Source: Chloroflexota bacterium
GTDB taxonomy: Bacteria; Chloroflexota; UBA11872; VXNJ01
Reading direction: 5' to 3'
NCBI GenBank assembly: GCA_965261345.1
Contig: OZ253449.1
Span: forward strand, 960,001-1,024,000
Length of the DNA stretch: 64,000 bases
Shown: one piece after another, positions 41,408 to 52,779 of the stretch
Layout of the letters: each line of letters starts with the position of its first letter
Position numbering within the stretch: the first letter of the stretch is position 1
Translations under genes and position numbers: made by a program
The notes under the pieces: model-generated
Database searches by the model: none
What the model saw: only the letters and a program-made list of their open reading frames with translations
What the model was told of the DNA's origin: nothing

Positions 41408-41761
41408 TTACCAATCGCCTTCACGCACCTGGCGCACCACCCGCAGGATGGCGTGATCGGGGGCGGCCTTCAGTTCACGGATCAGATCCGCGAACAACCT
41501 GGGGCGGCGGCGGATGATTTGCTGCAGCTCCGCCGAGACTTTGCCGGCCAGCGCCAGATATACGTCCGGATCTGCGCCCAGTTCGTCGGCCAACCGCAGG
41601 GCCGTAGCCTCCGACGGGGGAGGAACTTCGCCGCGCTCGATCTTGCTAAGGTAAGCGGGTTCGATTCCGACCCGGATTGCCACTTGCCGCAACGAATAGC
41701 GCCGGTCCTGGCTGCGCAGGGTCTCGCGCAACTCGCGGGTGGTTTGTCCAAAGTGCGTCAT
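41408..41761 (-). CDS. XRE-family HTH regulator
   Basis: SLRQVAIRVGIEPAYLSKIERG. Confidence 0.9.
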   Translation of the reverse strand: MTHFGQTTRELRETLRSQDRRYSLRQVAIRVGIEPAYLSKIERGEVPPPSEATALRLADELGADPDVYLALAGKVSAELQQIIRRRPRLFADLIRELKAAPDHAILRVVRQVREGDW

Positions 41762-42013
41762 ATGTCATATATAGTACACATTTTTAAACGAGTCGCGGAG
41801 TCCTCCCGGGCGGCATTCGCTCCGATTTCCCTTTGCCGATCGCTGGCCGGCGACAAATACCGTCAAACAATGCCACGAGCGCTGTTGCGGCAACCTGAGG
41901 CCGTCCCGGAAAAAACTCCAGGCAAAAATCGGCCCGCAAACTTAAGCTAGTTGAAGGCGGGGCGAATGGTCCTGTCCTGTAGGGCCTCAAAGCATGAGAG
42001 CAAAAGGCGGCCG

Positions 42014-43039
42014 ATGAGCATTAATCGCTCCGACCTGATCGACGCGAATTCGAATCTGCGCGGGCGCGACCGACGCATTCTGCCGGGCCGCGATCAGGTA
42101 TTGAAGATGTACCGCCTGATGATGACGATTCGACGCTTCGAGGAAACCGCCGAGGAGATGTTTCTGCAGGCCCGAATGCGGGGAGCGTTGCATTTCTACA
42201 TCGGCGAGGAAGCCTCAGGAGTAGGCGTATGCTCGGCCCTGCTCGACAGCGACTACATCACGTCGACCCACCGCGGTCATGGTCACTGTATTGCCAAGGG
42301 CGGCCGCCTGGACAAGATGATGGCCGAACTGTTTGGCCGCGCCACCGGCTACTGCGGAGGCAAGGGTGGGTCGATGCACATTGCTGACTTAGACATAGGG
42401 ATTTTGGGCGCCAACGGAATCGTCGGCGCCGGCATACCGATTGCGGCCGGGGCCGGACTCGGATCCAAGCTCCGCGGCGAAGACGCGGTGACCGTCAGCT
42501 TCTTTGGCGATGGGGCCGGACCGACCGGGGCATTCCATGAGGGCGTAAATTTCGCCTCGGCGCAAAAGCTCCCGGTCGTTTTCGTATGCGAGAACAACCA
42601 ATACGGGATGGCCACCCGCTCCGACCAGGCCAACGCCGGTCCCAGCATCGCCGGTCGCGGCGACGCCTACGGAATTCCCGGTGTGGTTGTGGACGGACAG
42701 GACGTCATCTCTGTCTACGAAGCAGCATCCGAGGCGGTCGCACGGGCCCGAGCCGGGGCCGGGCCAACGCTGATCGAATCATTTACCTATAGGTACAAGG
42801 GCCACACCGTCCACGACATGGCCGGCTACCGGTCCAAGGAAGAGCTCGAAGAGTGGATGCAACGCGATCCGATATTTCGCTTCCGCCACGAGCTGATCGA
42901 ATATGCCGCCTTGGACGAGGCCGAATTTGAAGCCATTGACGCCGAGGTCGAGGCCGAAGTGTCCAATTCAGTCGAATTTGCCGAAAGCAGTCCATTCCCG
43001 GATGTTTCGACGATCGAAGAAGACGTTTACGCGAGCTAG
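42014..43039 (+). CDS. TPP-dependent dehydrogenase E1 alpha (pyruvate/acetoin type)
   Basis: STHRGHGH, GGSMH, GDG..ENNQY, TYRYKGH. Confidence 0.93.
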   Translation: MSINRSDLIDANSNLRGRDRRILPGRDQVLKMYRLMMTIRRFEETAEEMFLQARMRGALHFYIGEEASGVGVCSALLDSDYITSTHRGHGHCIAKGGRLDKMMAELFGRATGYCGGKGGSMHIADLDIGILGANGIVGAGIPIAAGAGLGSKLRGEDAVTVSFFGDGAGPTGAFHEGVNFASAQKLPVVFVCENNQYGMATRSDQANAGPSIAGRGDAYGIPGVVVDGQDVISVYEAASEAVARARAGAGPTLIESFTYRYKGHTVHDMAGYRSKEELEEWMQRDPIFRFRHELIEYAALDEAEFEAIDAEVEAEVSNSVEFAESSPFPDVSTIEEDVYAS

Positions 43040-43044
43040 TCCCA

Positions 43045-44070
43045 ATGACAATGACCCAAATTGCAAGTGCCGATCCAGCGGTGGCCGCCGACCGCCAGAT
43101 CTATTTCAATCAGGCGCTAAACGAAGCACTCGACGAAGAATTGGCCCGCGATCCACGAGTCTTTTTATTGGGCGAGGAGATAGGCGTCTGGGGCGGGGCC
43201 TACAAGGTAACCGCCGACCTGCTGGAAAGATACGGTCCGCTCAGGATCGTGGACACCCCGATATCTGAAGCGCTAATCGCCGGGGCCGCGGTGGGCGCGG
43301 CAATTACCGGATCACGGCCGGTGGCCGAGTTCATGTACCAGGACTTTATGGGCATCGCGATGGACCAGATCGTCAACCAGGCGGCCAAAAACCGCTATAT
43401 GTTCGGCGGCAAGGCAACCCTCCCGATCGTCTATCGCGCATCGACCGGGGCCGGAGTGGGCAATGCCGCCCAGCACACCCAGAGCCTGGAAGCATGGTTC
43501 GCCCACGTCCCGGGCCTAAAGGTCGTCTGCCCGTCCAACCCATCCGACGCCAAAGGCTTACTCAAATCGGCAATTCGCGACGATAACGTGGTGTGCTTCT
43601 TTGAGCACAAAGCCCTCTACTCAATGCGCGGCCCGGTCCCTGCCGGTGAACACCTGGTCCCTCTGGGCAAAGCCCATGTCGTCCGCAGGGGCGATGCGGC
43701 CACGATCGTTACCTATTCCCGCCAAGTCAATTTCGCGCTGCAGGCCGCCGAACAACTGTCTGATGATGGCATCGAGGTGGAGGTAATCGACCTGCGAACG
43801 CTGTACCCGTTCGACGCCGAGACAATCATCGAGTCAGTGCAAAAGACCAATCGCGCAATGGTGCTTCACGAAGCGGTTCGGTTCGGTGGATTTGGCGGTG
43901 AGATTACCGCCCAGATCCAGGAAAAGGCCTTTGATTGGCTGGACGCCCCGATCAAGCGGTTGGGCGCCAAGCACTCGCCGGTTCCGTTCGCAGAGACGCT
44001 TGAAATGGAATCTTTCCCAAGCGTTGCAATGATCGTGGCCGGGGTCCGCGAATTGATCGCAGGGACTTGA
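43045..44070 (+). CDS. Dehydrogenase E1 beta
   Basis: DTPISE, AQHTQSLE, EVIDLRTL. Confidence 0.93.
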   Translation: MTMTQIASADPAVAADRQIYFNQALNEALDEELARDPRVFLLGEEIGVWGGAYKVTADLLERYGPLRIVDTPISEALIAGAAVGAAITGSRPVAEFMYQDFMGIAMDQIVNQAAKNRYMFGGKATLPIVYRASTGAGVGNAAQHTQSLEAWFAHVPGLKVVCPSNPSDAKGLLKSAIRDDNVVCFFEHKALYSMRGPVPAGEHLVPLGKAHVVRRGDAATIVTYSRQVNFALQAAEQLSDDGIEVEVIDLRTLYPFDAETIIESVQKTNRAMVLHEAVRFGGFGGEITAQIQEKAFDWLDAPIKRLGAKHSPVPFAETLEMESFPSVAMIVAGVRELIAGT

Positions 44071-45284
44071 TGGCTACTCCGATCTTGATGCCCCTGATGG
44101 GCATCACCATGGAAGAGGGCATTATCACCCGCTGGTTGGTCGATGATGGCGCCAGCGTGGCCAAAGGCGACGTCGTGCTTGAATTTGAGACTGACAAAAT
44201 CAACGCCGAGGTCGAGGCGCCCGCCGACGGAATTGTGCGGGGAATAACCGCCCTTGCGGGCGAGGCGGTCAAGGTGCAGGGAGTTTGCGCCTGGGTGCTG
44301 GCCGAAGGAGAGCAGCTCCCGAGCGGGATTGCCCCGGTGGCCGATGCGCCGACGCCTGCGACCGCCCCAGCTGAGGCGGTACCATCCCCGGTCTCAACGG
44401 TACCGGCGCCGGTCGCGACCGCTCGCACCGGGCGGTTGTTTGCCTCGCCCTTGGCCCGCCGTATCGCCCGCGACAACCGCATTGACCTTACCGCAATATC
44501 CGGCTCGGGACCGAGCGGGCGAATCGTCGCCGACGATGTGAGGGCAAATATCGTCCGGGCTCCGGCGGACGTCATCCACCCACCGCAACCGGCGATGGTT
44601 CATTCGACCGCGTTGACCGGGCGCCGCAAGGTTATTGCCGAGCGGATGATGACCAGCCTGCAGCAAACGGCCCAGGTGACCCTCAATAGTGAAGTCGACG
44701 CCGGCGAGCTGGTCTCCCTGCGCGCCAAACTGGCCAACCAACACCAGGCCGCACTGGGATTTCGGATTTCATATAACGACCTGTTGGTCCGGATTTGCGC
44801 TCGGGCTCTGCTCGAACACCCGCACATGCAATCGCAGCTGGTTGGCGGCGAACTCACTTCTCCGGCGACGGTCAATATCGGTTTGGCAATCGATGCGCCT
44901 GACGGCCTGGTAGTTCCCAATGTCAAGGATCTCGGCAGCCAGCAGCTGCTCGAGATCGCCAAGGCCTACCGCGAACTTATCGAGACCGCCCAGGCCGGGA
45001 CCCTCAATCTTGAACAGGTCACCGGCGGGACTTTTACGATTTCCAATCTGGGGGCAATGGGTGTGGACAATTTCACCCCGGTTTTGAATCCGCCGGAAGC
45101 GGCGATCCTGGGGGTCGGCCGAATCCTGCAAAAACCAGTCGTTGCCGATGACGGGGCATTGGCGTCGGGAACCCGCCTAGCACTTTCGCTAACTTTTGAC
45201 CACCGCCTAAATGACGGTGCGGCGGCGGCCCGCTTTCTCCAGCGCATCGTCGGACTGATCGAGCAACCTTACCTGCTCATTTAA
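44070..45284 (+). CDS. Dihydrolipoamide acyltransferase E2
   Basis: Lipoyl motif ETDK, ASPLARRIA, GSGPSGRI, DHRLNDG. Confidence 0.94.
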   Translation: MATPILMPLMGITMEEGIITRWLVDDGASVAKGDVVLEFETDKINAEVEAPADGIVRGITALAGEAVKVQGVCAWVLAEGEQLPSGIAPVADAPTPATAPAEAVPSPVSTVPAPVATARTGRLFASPLARRIARDNRIDLTAISGSGPSGRIVADDVRANIVRAPADVIHPPQPAMVHSTALTGRRKVIAERMMTSLQQTAQVTLNSEVDAGELVSLRAKLANQHQAALGFRISYNDLLVRICARALLEHPHMQSQLVGGELTSPATVNIGLAIDAPDGLVVPNVKDLGSQQLLEIAKAYRELIETAQAGTLNLEQVTGGTFTISNLGAMGVDNFTPVLNPPEAAILGVGRILQKPVVADDGALASGTRLALSLTFDHRLNDGAAAARFLQRIVGLIEQPYLLI

Positions 45285-45414
45285 CCCGTCCGGCGTGCGA
45301 TCGCCAACTTGCCGGCGCGGGAACGCGGGCAATCGGAATTACACTGTTGGCAATCTACGAGTAACCGTTTAAGCGGTCACCACATTCTGGGAATCCGGTT
45401 GAGGAGCAGTTGAG

Positions 45415-46800
45415 ATGGCATCAGATGTATGGACGATGGATCGGCGAAGCCTGTCCTCCAACACCGGTTTTGTACCGCAGACGCTAACGCTGTTCGAAGC
45501 GGCAGGGTTTGAAAAGTTGATCAAGCCTGGCGATGTTGTAGCCATCAAGCTGCACTGTGGCGAATGGAACAATTCCGCCTATCTGCGCCCGGTTTACGCG
45601 CGTGCGGTGGCCGATGAGGTCAAACGCCTGGGTGGCCGCCCCTTCGTGTGCGACACAACCACCATGACCTACGGTCCGAGAGCGGCGCGGGTGATTGCCC
45701 CGGACCTGATGTACACCGCCGAGCGCAACGGCTATTCGTCGGCGACGCTGGGATGCCCGTTCCTCTCGGCCGACGGCTTCAACGGCACCGACGACATTCG
45801 CATACCGCTGCCCGAGGGGTACATCCTCAACGAGGCCTACGTCGCCAAGGCGATCGCTCTGGCAGACGTGCTGATCGCACTCACCCACTTTAAAGGTCAC
45901 CCGATGGGCGTGATCGGCGGGGCAATTAAGAACCTTGGCATCGGTTGCCAGTCCAAGCGCGGCAAATACAACGTTCACCAGGGCGGACACCCGGACTTTG
46001 GATTTGGCGGCCTGGCCGAATGGCATCCCGAAAACGTGACCGAGGGGTTCAAAGACATGGTCCCGGGGATCTGTATCCACGAGGCATATTCGCGCAACAA
46101 CGGCAGCGTCGAATGGCACCCGGAAAAATGCCTTTCTTGTCTTGGGTGTTACGGCACGATGGTGTCGATGGGAGCCTGGACCGCCACCGAAGACAATTCA
46201 CGGGCCTTCAATGCCGCCTGCGCCGACGCCTGCCTGGCGGTCATGAAGGCACTGGATGGAAACGTTGCCTTCCTAAACCTTGGGCTCGACGTTTCGCCCA
46301 AATGTGACTGCCTCGACCATGCCGACCTGCCGGTTACGCCGCACATTGGCGTATTTGCCGGCTACGATCCGGTGGCGCTCGACACCGCGTGCCTGGATAA
46401 GGTGGTCGAGCTGCCGGGGATGCCCGGATCGGCCGCCGAGGATTTCGGGGTTGACGGTGCGGGCGACCGCAAGCTGACAATGGCCGGTTCGATGATTCCC
46501 GGAATCTCCGAGGAAATCCAACTAAACACCGGGGTCAAGAACGGGCTCGGCACCAAAGAATACAACCTGATCCAGGTTGAAGAATCCGACGACGCCGCGC
46601 GTTACGGTTTTTACGACCAACGTCTCGTTGGCGAACGCTACCGCTCCATCTACGCGAAAGAAAATCCATTCCCGGCCGAACGGCACGGCGGGCACGGATT
46701 CGATCGCAAACGTCGCGACGAAGTGGACCTTGACGCCGTGGCTGGCCCGATGGTAACTGAACCATCCGTTCACGCGCACCATCACCACCGGCACGGATAA
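45415..46800 (+). CDS. DUF362 Fe-S protein with His-rich tail
   Basis: VAIKLHCGE, THFKGH, KNLGIGC, CLSCLGC, CDC, DPVALD. Confidence 0.85.
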   Translation: MASDVWTMDRRSLSSNTGFVPQTLTLFEAAGFEKLIKPGDVVAIKLHCGEWNNSAYLRPVYARAVADEVKRLGGRPFVCDTTTMTYGPRAARVIAPDLMYTAERNGYSSATLGCPFLSADGFNGTDDIRIPLPEGYILNEAYVAKAIALADVLIALTHFKGHPMGVIGGAIKNLGIGCQSKRGKYNVHQGGHPDFGFGGLAEWHPENVTEGFKDMVPGICIHEAYSRNNGSVEWHPEKCLSCLGCYGTMVSMGAWTATEDNSRAFNAACADACLAVMKALDGNVAFLNLGLDVSPKCDCLDHADLPVTPHIGVFAGYDPVALDTACLDKVVELPGMPGSAAEDFGVDGAGDRKLTMAGSMIPGISEEIQLNTGVKNGLGTKEYNLIQVEESDDAARYGFYDQRLVGERYRSIYAKENPFPAERHGGHGFDRKRRDEVDLDAVAGPMVTEPSVHAHHHHRHG

Positions 46801-46839
46801 TCTGCGACTGAGCCCAATAGATAAGGACGAAGATCATCG

Positions 46840-47148
46840 ATGATCCCAAGAGGAGTTCAACAGCTTAGCGAAGCGGCCAAAATCGCCGGCGATTTGGCAA
46901 GTTCCAACGTCGATCAGGCGCTGATTGAGCGGCTTTCGCGCCTAAAAGCTGCGCTTGAGAAAATTGCGGGCGCTCCCCTGGCCCGAAGCGGCTTGGCAGT
47001 ACCGCTGACGGCCCCGATTAACCGCAACGCCAAGAAGCTCCAGCAATGTAGCGGTGACAGCTTCAGCGCCGCCCTGGACTCCCTCGAAAAGGTTGTGGCC
47101 AATTTCGAAAAACGGGCCGGTGGCGCTGGCAACATCGCCATTACCTAA
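46840..47148 (+). CDS. Hypothetical protein
   Basis: 102-aa ORF between the DUF362 gene and the terminator. Confidence 0.6.
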   Translation: MIPRGVQQLSEAAKIAGDLASSNVDQALIERLSRLKAALEKIAGAPLARSGLAVPLTAPINRNAKKLQQCSGDSFSAALDSLEKVVANFEKRAGGAGNIAIT

Positions 47149-47181
47149 ACGGCGGTCGGCAGTCGTAACCAAGCGGACCCG

Positions 47182-47220
47182 AAACCGCCCGTGCCTTTCG
47201 GCACGGGCGGTTTTTCCTTT
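47182..47220 (+). terminator. Intrinsic terminator
   Basis: AAACCGCCCGTGCC-TTTC-GGCACGGGCGGTTT perfect stem plus T-rich tail. Confidence 0.85.
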
Positions 47221-47321
47221 CGTCCGACATCCAATTTCGCCATTGGCACGCCTCCCCCACCCCTCCCCTTTTTTTCGACACCCCGGACCACACCCCACCC
47301 CAATCACCGTCAAGAGCTCCC

Positions 47322-47356
47322 TTGGGGACCCCTCGTTAAACGTATATAATTGCGGG
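47322..47356 (+). promoter_or_regulatory. Sigma70-type rRNA promoter
   Basis: TTGGGG-17 bp-TATAAT (47345-47350) then GC-rich discriminator. Confidence 0.7.
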
Positions 47357-47547
47357 CTCTTGCGAACAAGTCTGGCCTTTCATTTGGTTCCGCTTTTTTC
47401 AGAGCAGAACCTTCGACAACTGAAGAGCAGCCGAATTGATAAATTTTCTCAATGTCAATTCATAGCGAATTAGGTCTGCAGAGTTTCAGGATGTAAAAGC
47501 GCTTCATTTAAATTGTTTAAACATCCTCGGAGACGAGGATTTTTTCT

Positions 47548-49048
<1,501 letters not shown>

Positions 49049-49217
49049 AGTGCTTGGCAGAAATGCCGGGCGATCCCAGTCAAGCTTCCTAAACTCTGTT
49101 TCAACGCTTAATTTGCTAACGAAGCGTAAATGAAATTGACGCACATTGGGATTTGATATCTCGGCTGCTACTTCAGATGTCGAAGGTTTGACCCTTTACA
49201 AGTGAATATGGATGTGC

Positions 49218-49495
49218 CGAGCCGGTCGGGTTGTCGCGCTTAGCGCGAGGAAAGTCCGCACTCCGCAGGGCAGGATAGCGGGTAACGCCCGTCCGCCGTG
49301 AGGCGAGGACCAGTGGAACAGAGACCAATGCCGGATAATGCCGGAGTGAAAAGGCCAAACTCTATTCGGAGCAAGCCCAAGCAGGGATGATGACGCGGCC
49401 CGCCGAGTCCCAGGTAGGGTGCAAGGAATCATCGGGTAACCGGTGATCAAGATAGATGGCAACCGATTACAGAATGCGGCTTATAGACCGGCTCG
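49218..49495 (+). ncRNA. rnpB: RNase P RNA, compact form
   Basis: P1 CGAGCCGGTC/GACCGGCTCG; GAGGAAAGTCC; ACAGAGA; GTGAAA; GGAGCAAG; ACAGAATGCGGCTTA. Confidence 0.97.
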
Positions 49496-49513
49496 AATAA
49501 TCCATATTCAGCA

Positions 49514-49588
49514 TGCGGGGTGGAGCAGTGGCAGCTCGTCGGGCTCATAACCCGGAGGTCGTCGGTTCGAATCCGACCCCCGCAACCA
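49514..49588 (+). tRNA. tRNA-Met(CAT), initiator type
   Basis: Cloverleaf, GGG/CCC anticodon stem, A11-U24, encoded CCA. Confidence 0.95.
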
Positions 49589-49930
49589 ATAGTGAACGTT
49601 TCTCGCTTAGCATCCTCTAAGCGATGAATCGTAACTGAAATACGCGCGTTCGCAAATCGATCGCTAACAACGAGCATTCGCCTTTTTAAGTGCCTCCATC
49701 GGGTGCCCGCTTCGATCAAAATTACGGGCCAAACAGGCAGTGGATACGGCGAGCATTCGGATTTCCAATCGCTAACATAAACAGGATGCGCAGCGTGCAG
49801 TTCCAAATATTGGGTTTGTGCGATTTAGCCGCAATTGTTTCTCATCGAAGCGCTGATCGATTCGAGCGCACCTGGGTTGATACGCCAGGCGTACGTTGGA
49901 CGATCCGCAATACAGAAATGTTGGTATGTA

Positions 49931-51055
49931 ATGGGCTCTGATTTCAGCAGCGAAATCGAGCTCCAATCCGGCTTGACCTCCAACGCCGAAAAGAGCGTTT
50001 CGCCCAAAGAATTGCCCGACGGGCAGTGTGATCTTGGCAAACGAATCGACCCAGCTAACAAGCGGCTGCTCAACTGCCTGCGGGTTGATGTCAACCAGCT
50101 GATCCCGCTCAAATACCGGTGGGCCTGGGAGCATTACCTTAACGGGTGCGCCAACCACTGGATGCCCAATGAGGTTTCGATGCAACGGGACATTGAACTG
50201 TGGCGGTCCGATCGCCTAAGCGATGCTGAACGCTTGGTAATCAAGCGAAATTTGGGATTTTTCAGCACCGGCGAGTCGCTGGTCGGCAACAACATCGTGC
50301 TCTCGATCTTTAAGCACATCACCAATTCCGAAGCTCGTCAATACCTGTTAAGGCAGGCATTCGAAGAAGCGCTGCATACCCACTCATTCGTTCACATAGT
50401 GGATTCACTCGGGCTCGATTCGCGCGAGGTATTCAACATGTACCGCGAGGTCGACTCAATCCAGGGTAAAGACGACTTTGTGATGAGCCTTACTCAGGAT
50501 GTGATGGATCCGACATTTAGCACCGATTCGCCCTCCGGCATTCAGCGCTTCATAAAGAACCTGGTCGGCTTCTATGTGGTGATGGAGGGGATCTTCTTCT
50601 ATTCAGGTTTCGTAATGATCCTCTCGTTTCATCGCCGAAACCAGATGACCGGTGTCGGCGAGCAGTTCCAGTACATCATGCGTGATGAAACGATCCACCT
50701 AAATTTCGGGATAGATCTTATAAACACCATCCATGAGGAAAACCCCGAAGCGTGGACGGGTGAACTCGAGAAGGAAATCATCGAGTTGATCAAGGAAGCG
50801 GTGGAGTACGAAGTGGCCTACGCCCACGATTGCCTTCCCTCTGGCGTGCTGGGCCTCAATGCCGACCTGTTCCGCGATTATGTCGAGCACATTGCCGACC
50901 GCCGACTAGAGCGAATCGGCCTCCCGGCCCAATTTGGATCGAAGAATCCATTCCCCTGGATGAGCGAAGTTGTCGACATCCCCAAAGAGAAGAATTTCTT
51001 CGAGACGCGGGTGACCGAATATTCGAGCGCCGGAACGTTGTCCTGGGACGAATGA
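49931..51055 (+). CDS. nrdB: Ribonucleotide reductase beta subunit, class Ic (R2c)
   Basis: [46 protein letters not shown]. Confidence 0.93.
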   Translation: MGSDFSSEIELQSGLTSNAEKSVSPKELPDGQCDLGKRIDPANKRLLNCLRVDVNQLIPLKYRWAWEHYLNGCANHWMPNEVSMQRDIELWRSDRLSDAERLVIKRNLGFFSTGESLVGNNIVLSIFKHITNSEARQYLLRQAFEEALHTHSFVHIVDSLGLDSREVFNMYREVDSIQGKDDFVMSLTQDVMDPTFSTDSPSGIQRFIKNLVGFYVVMEGIFFYSGFVMILSFHRRNQMTGVGEQFQYIMRDETIHLNFGIDLINTIHEENPEAWTGELEKEIIELIKEAVEYEVAYAHDCLPSGVLGLNADLFRDYVEHIADRRLERIGLPAQFGSKNPFPWMSEVVDIPKEKNFFETRVTEYSSAGTLSWDE

Positions 51056-51228
51056 CCTGCTAGATAAGTTGATGTTTGCCCCCGGGTGTATATTTGGGTT
51101 GAAGTGGATGCGATAGAAGTTGGGGGTAGCGATGCAGAAATTACATGCCAGGTTGCATCGATGGCAAGTTGACTGGTTAGCGCCTTCTGGTCGATTTATC
51201 AGCTAGAAGGCGTACACCATCGAACTTT

Positions 51229-51261
51229 CGGGGGTCTCCCCTAGCCGGGAAACCCCCGTTT
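51229..51261. terminator. Possible terminator hairpin
   Basis: CGGGGGTCTCCC...GGGAAACCCCCG followed by TTT. Confidence 0.45.
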
Positions 51262-51334
51262 GACGTATCGGAATGGTTCTCGACTCTAGACTTTTGCACG
51301 TTGACCTGATCGATTCCAAAGCAACGAGCCGCAT

Positions 51335-52414
51335 ATGCGTTTAGGCATTTTTTCAATGCCGTTACATCCTCCTGAAAAACCGCTCGCCCAGGCTTTCGCG
51401 GAGGATCTTGCTTGGTTTTCCGAACTGGAGGATAAAGGGTTCGGCGAGACCTGGGCCGGTGAACACATCACCAGCCAGTGGGAGAACTACCCCGCCGTAG
51501 ATCTTTTTCTTGCCTCCCTGGCGCGTGAAACCACGACCATGCGGCTTGGTACCGGGGTAGCGCTGTTGCCATTACACAATCCGGCCGAGGTCGCGTTGCG
51601 GATCGCTTTTTTGGACCACCTGTCCAACGGGAGGGTCAATTTCGGAGTCGGGCCCGGGGGGCTGACAACCGACAAGCCATTCCTAAATGTGGAGGTAGAA
51701 AGAGACGTTTACCTTGACCGCTTCCGTGAATCGCTTGACACGATCATCAAGATCTGGACCCGGCAAGCCCCGTACACGATCGAGGGCAAATACTGGCGGG
51801 TGGACCTTCCGGAAATCTCGCGCGATATCGGGTTGGGTTGGGCGATGCCGCCCCTGCAAAAACCACATCCCCCGATCATGATCCCGGGAGTTTCATATCG
51901 ATCATCGAGTTTGCGCGTGGCCGGTAGGCGCGGGTTGCGCTGCCTTAGCACCAATTTCCTGCCCAACAGTGCGCTGGACGCGCACTGGGCGGAGTATTCG
52001 CAAGGTGCCAGGGATGCCGGAGTGGAGCCGGACCCGGATAAGTGGGGAATCACGCGCGACATCTTTGTGGCCGACAGCGATGCCGAGGCCGAGGACTTCA
52101 TGCTCAATCACGGTCCGGCGGCGGCCTACGATCGCTACATGTTTGATTTGACCAAGCGGTCTGGCAACTTCCACCCCTTCAAGGGTGCCGATCTAGATCG
52201 TCCGGATTCGGACATCACCGCCAAATTCCTCTACGACAACACGTGGATTGCCGGCAGCCCGCAGACGGTGGCCGAAAAAATCAACACAATCCGTGATCAG
52301 GCTGCCCCGTTTGGCGACCTTGTCATGATTGCCCACGACATTACCGACTTTGCTCCCTGGCGCCACTCGGTTGACCTACTGGTCAATGAGGTGCTGCCGA
52401 TGATTGAGCGATAG
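51335..52414 (+). CDS. LLM-class (luciferase-like) flavin-dependent oxidoreductase
   Basis: WAGEH, RLGTGV, LDHLSNGR, PLQKPHPP, IAGSPQTV. Confidence 0.92.
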   Translation: MRLGIFSMPLHPPEKPLAQAFAEDLAWFSELEDKGFGETWAGEHITSQWENYPAVDLFLASLARETTTMRLGTGVALLPLHNPAEVALRIAFLDHLSNGRVNFGVGPGGLTTDKPFLNVEVERDVYLDRFRESLDTIIKIWTRQAPYTIEGKYWRVDLPEISRDIGLGWAMPPLQKPHPPIMIPGVSYRSSSLRVAGRRGLRCLSTNFLPNSALDAHWAEYSQGARDAGVEPDPDKWGITRDIFVADSDAEAEDFMLNHGPAAAYDRYMFDLTKRSGNFHPFKGADLDRPDSDITAKFLYDNTWIAGSPQTVAEKINTIRDQAAPFGDLVMIAHDITDFAPWRHSVDLLVNEVLPMIER

Positions 52415-52779
52415 TTTCCGCGGGCAGCAATGGTTGGATCCTGCAGCCGCGGATCCCAATTATTCGAGTGCATACAGATTTGGGTTCGTGCGCCGCGCGG
52501 CGCCCAGTCCCGGTTCGGAAGCGGCTGAAGGCACGGGATCTACTAACTTCCAAACTAATGAGCGGTGGCAACGACTGTTGCAGTCCAAACGCACCCGCGA
52601 GCGGTTTGACCTTGCCGGCCAAAGACCGGGCGATGCGAAAATCTTCAGGTGTCCCCGCTCATGAGGGCAAACCTAGTCGGGCGACCCCGCTAACCGCTCC
52701 GGTCGGCGGTGCCAAAAATCGAAGCTGGCTGTAAGAGGGCAACGATTACAACCGTCAACCACGGCTGCTGTGCCTGAAT

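Noticed and set aside
49188-49215. Separate rnpB promoter with TTGACC as -35
   Set aside because: No credible -10 at 16-18 bp spacing; not fully excluded
49800-49930. NrdR boxes upstream of the R2 gene
   Set aside because: Only weak partial matches
52660-52720. AGGGCAAACC resembling a c-di-GMP-I riboswitch
   Set aside because: No GAAA tetraloop stem or ACGCAAAG junction follows
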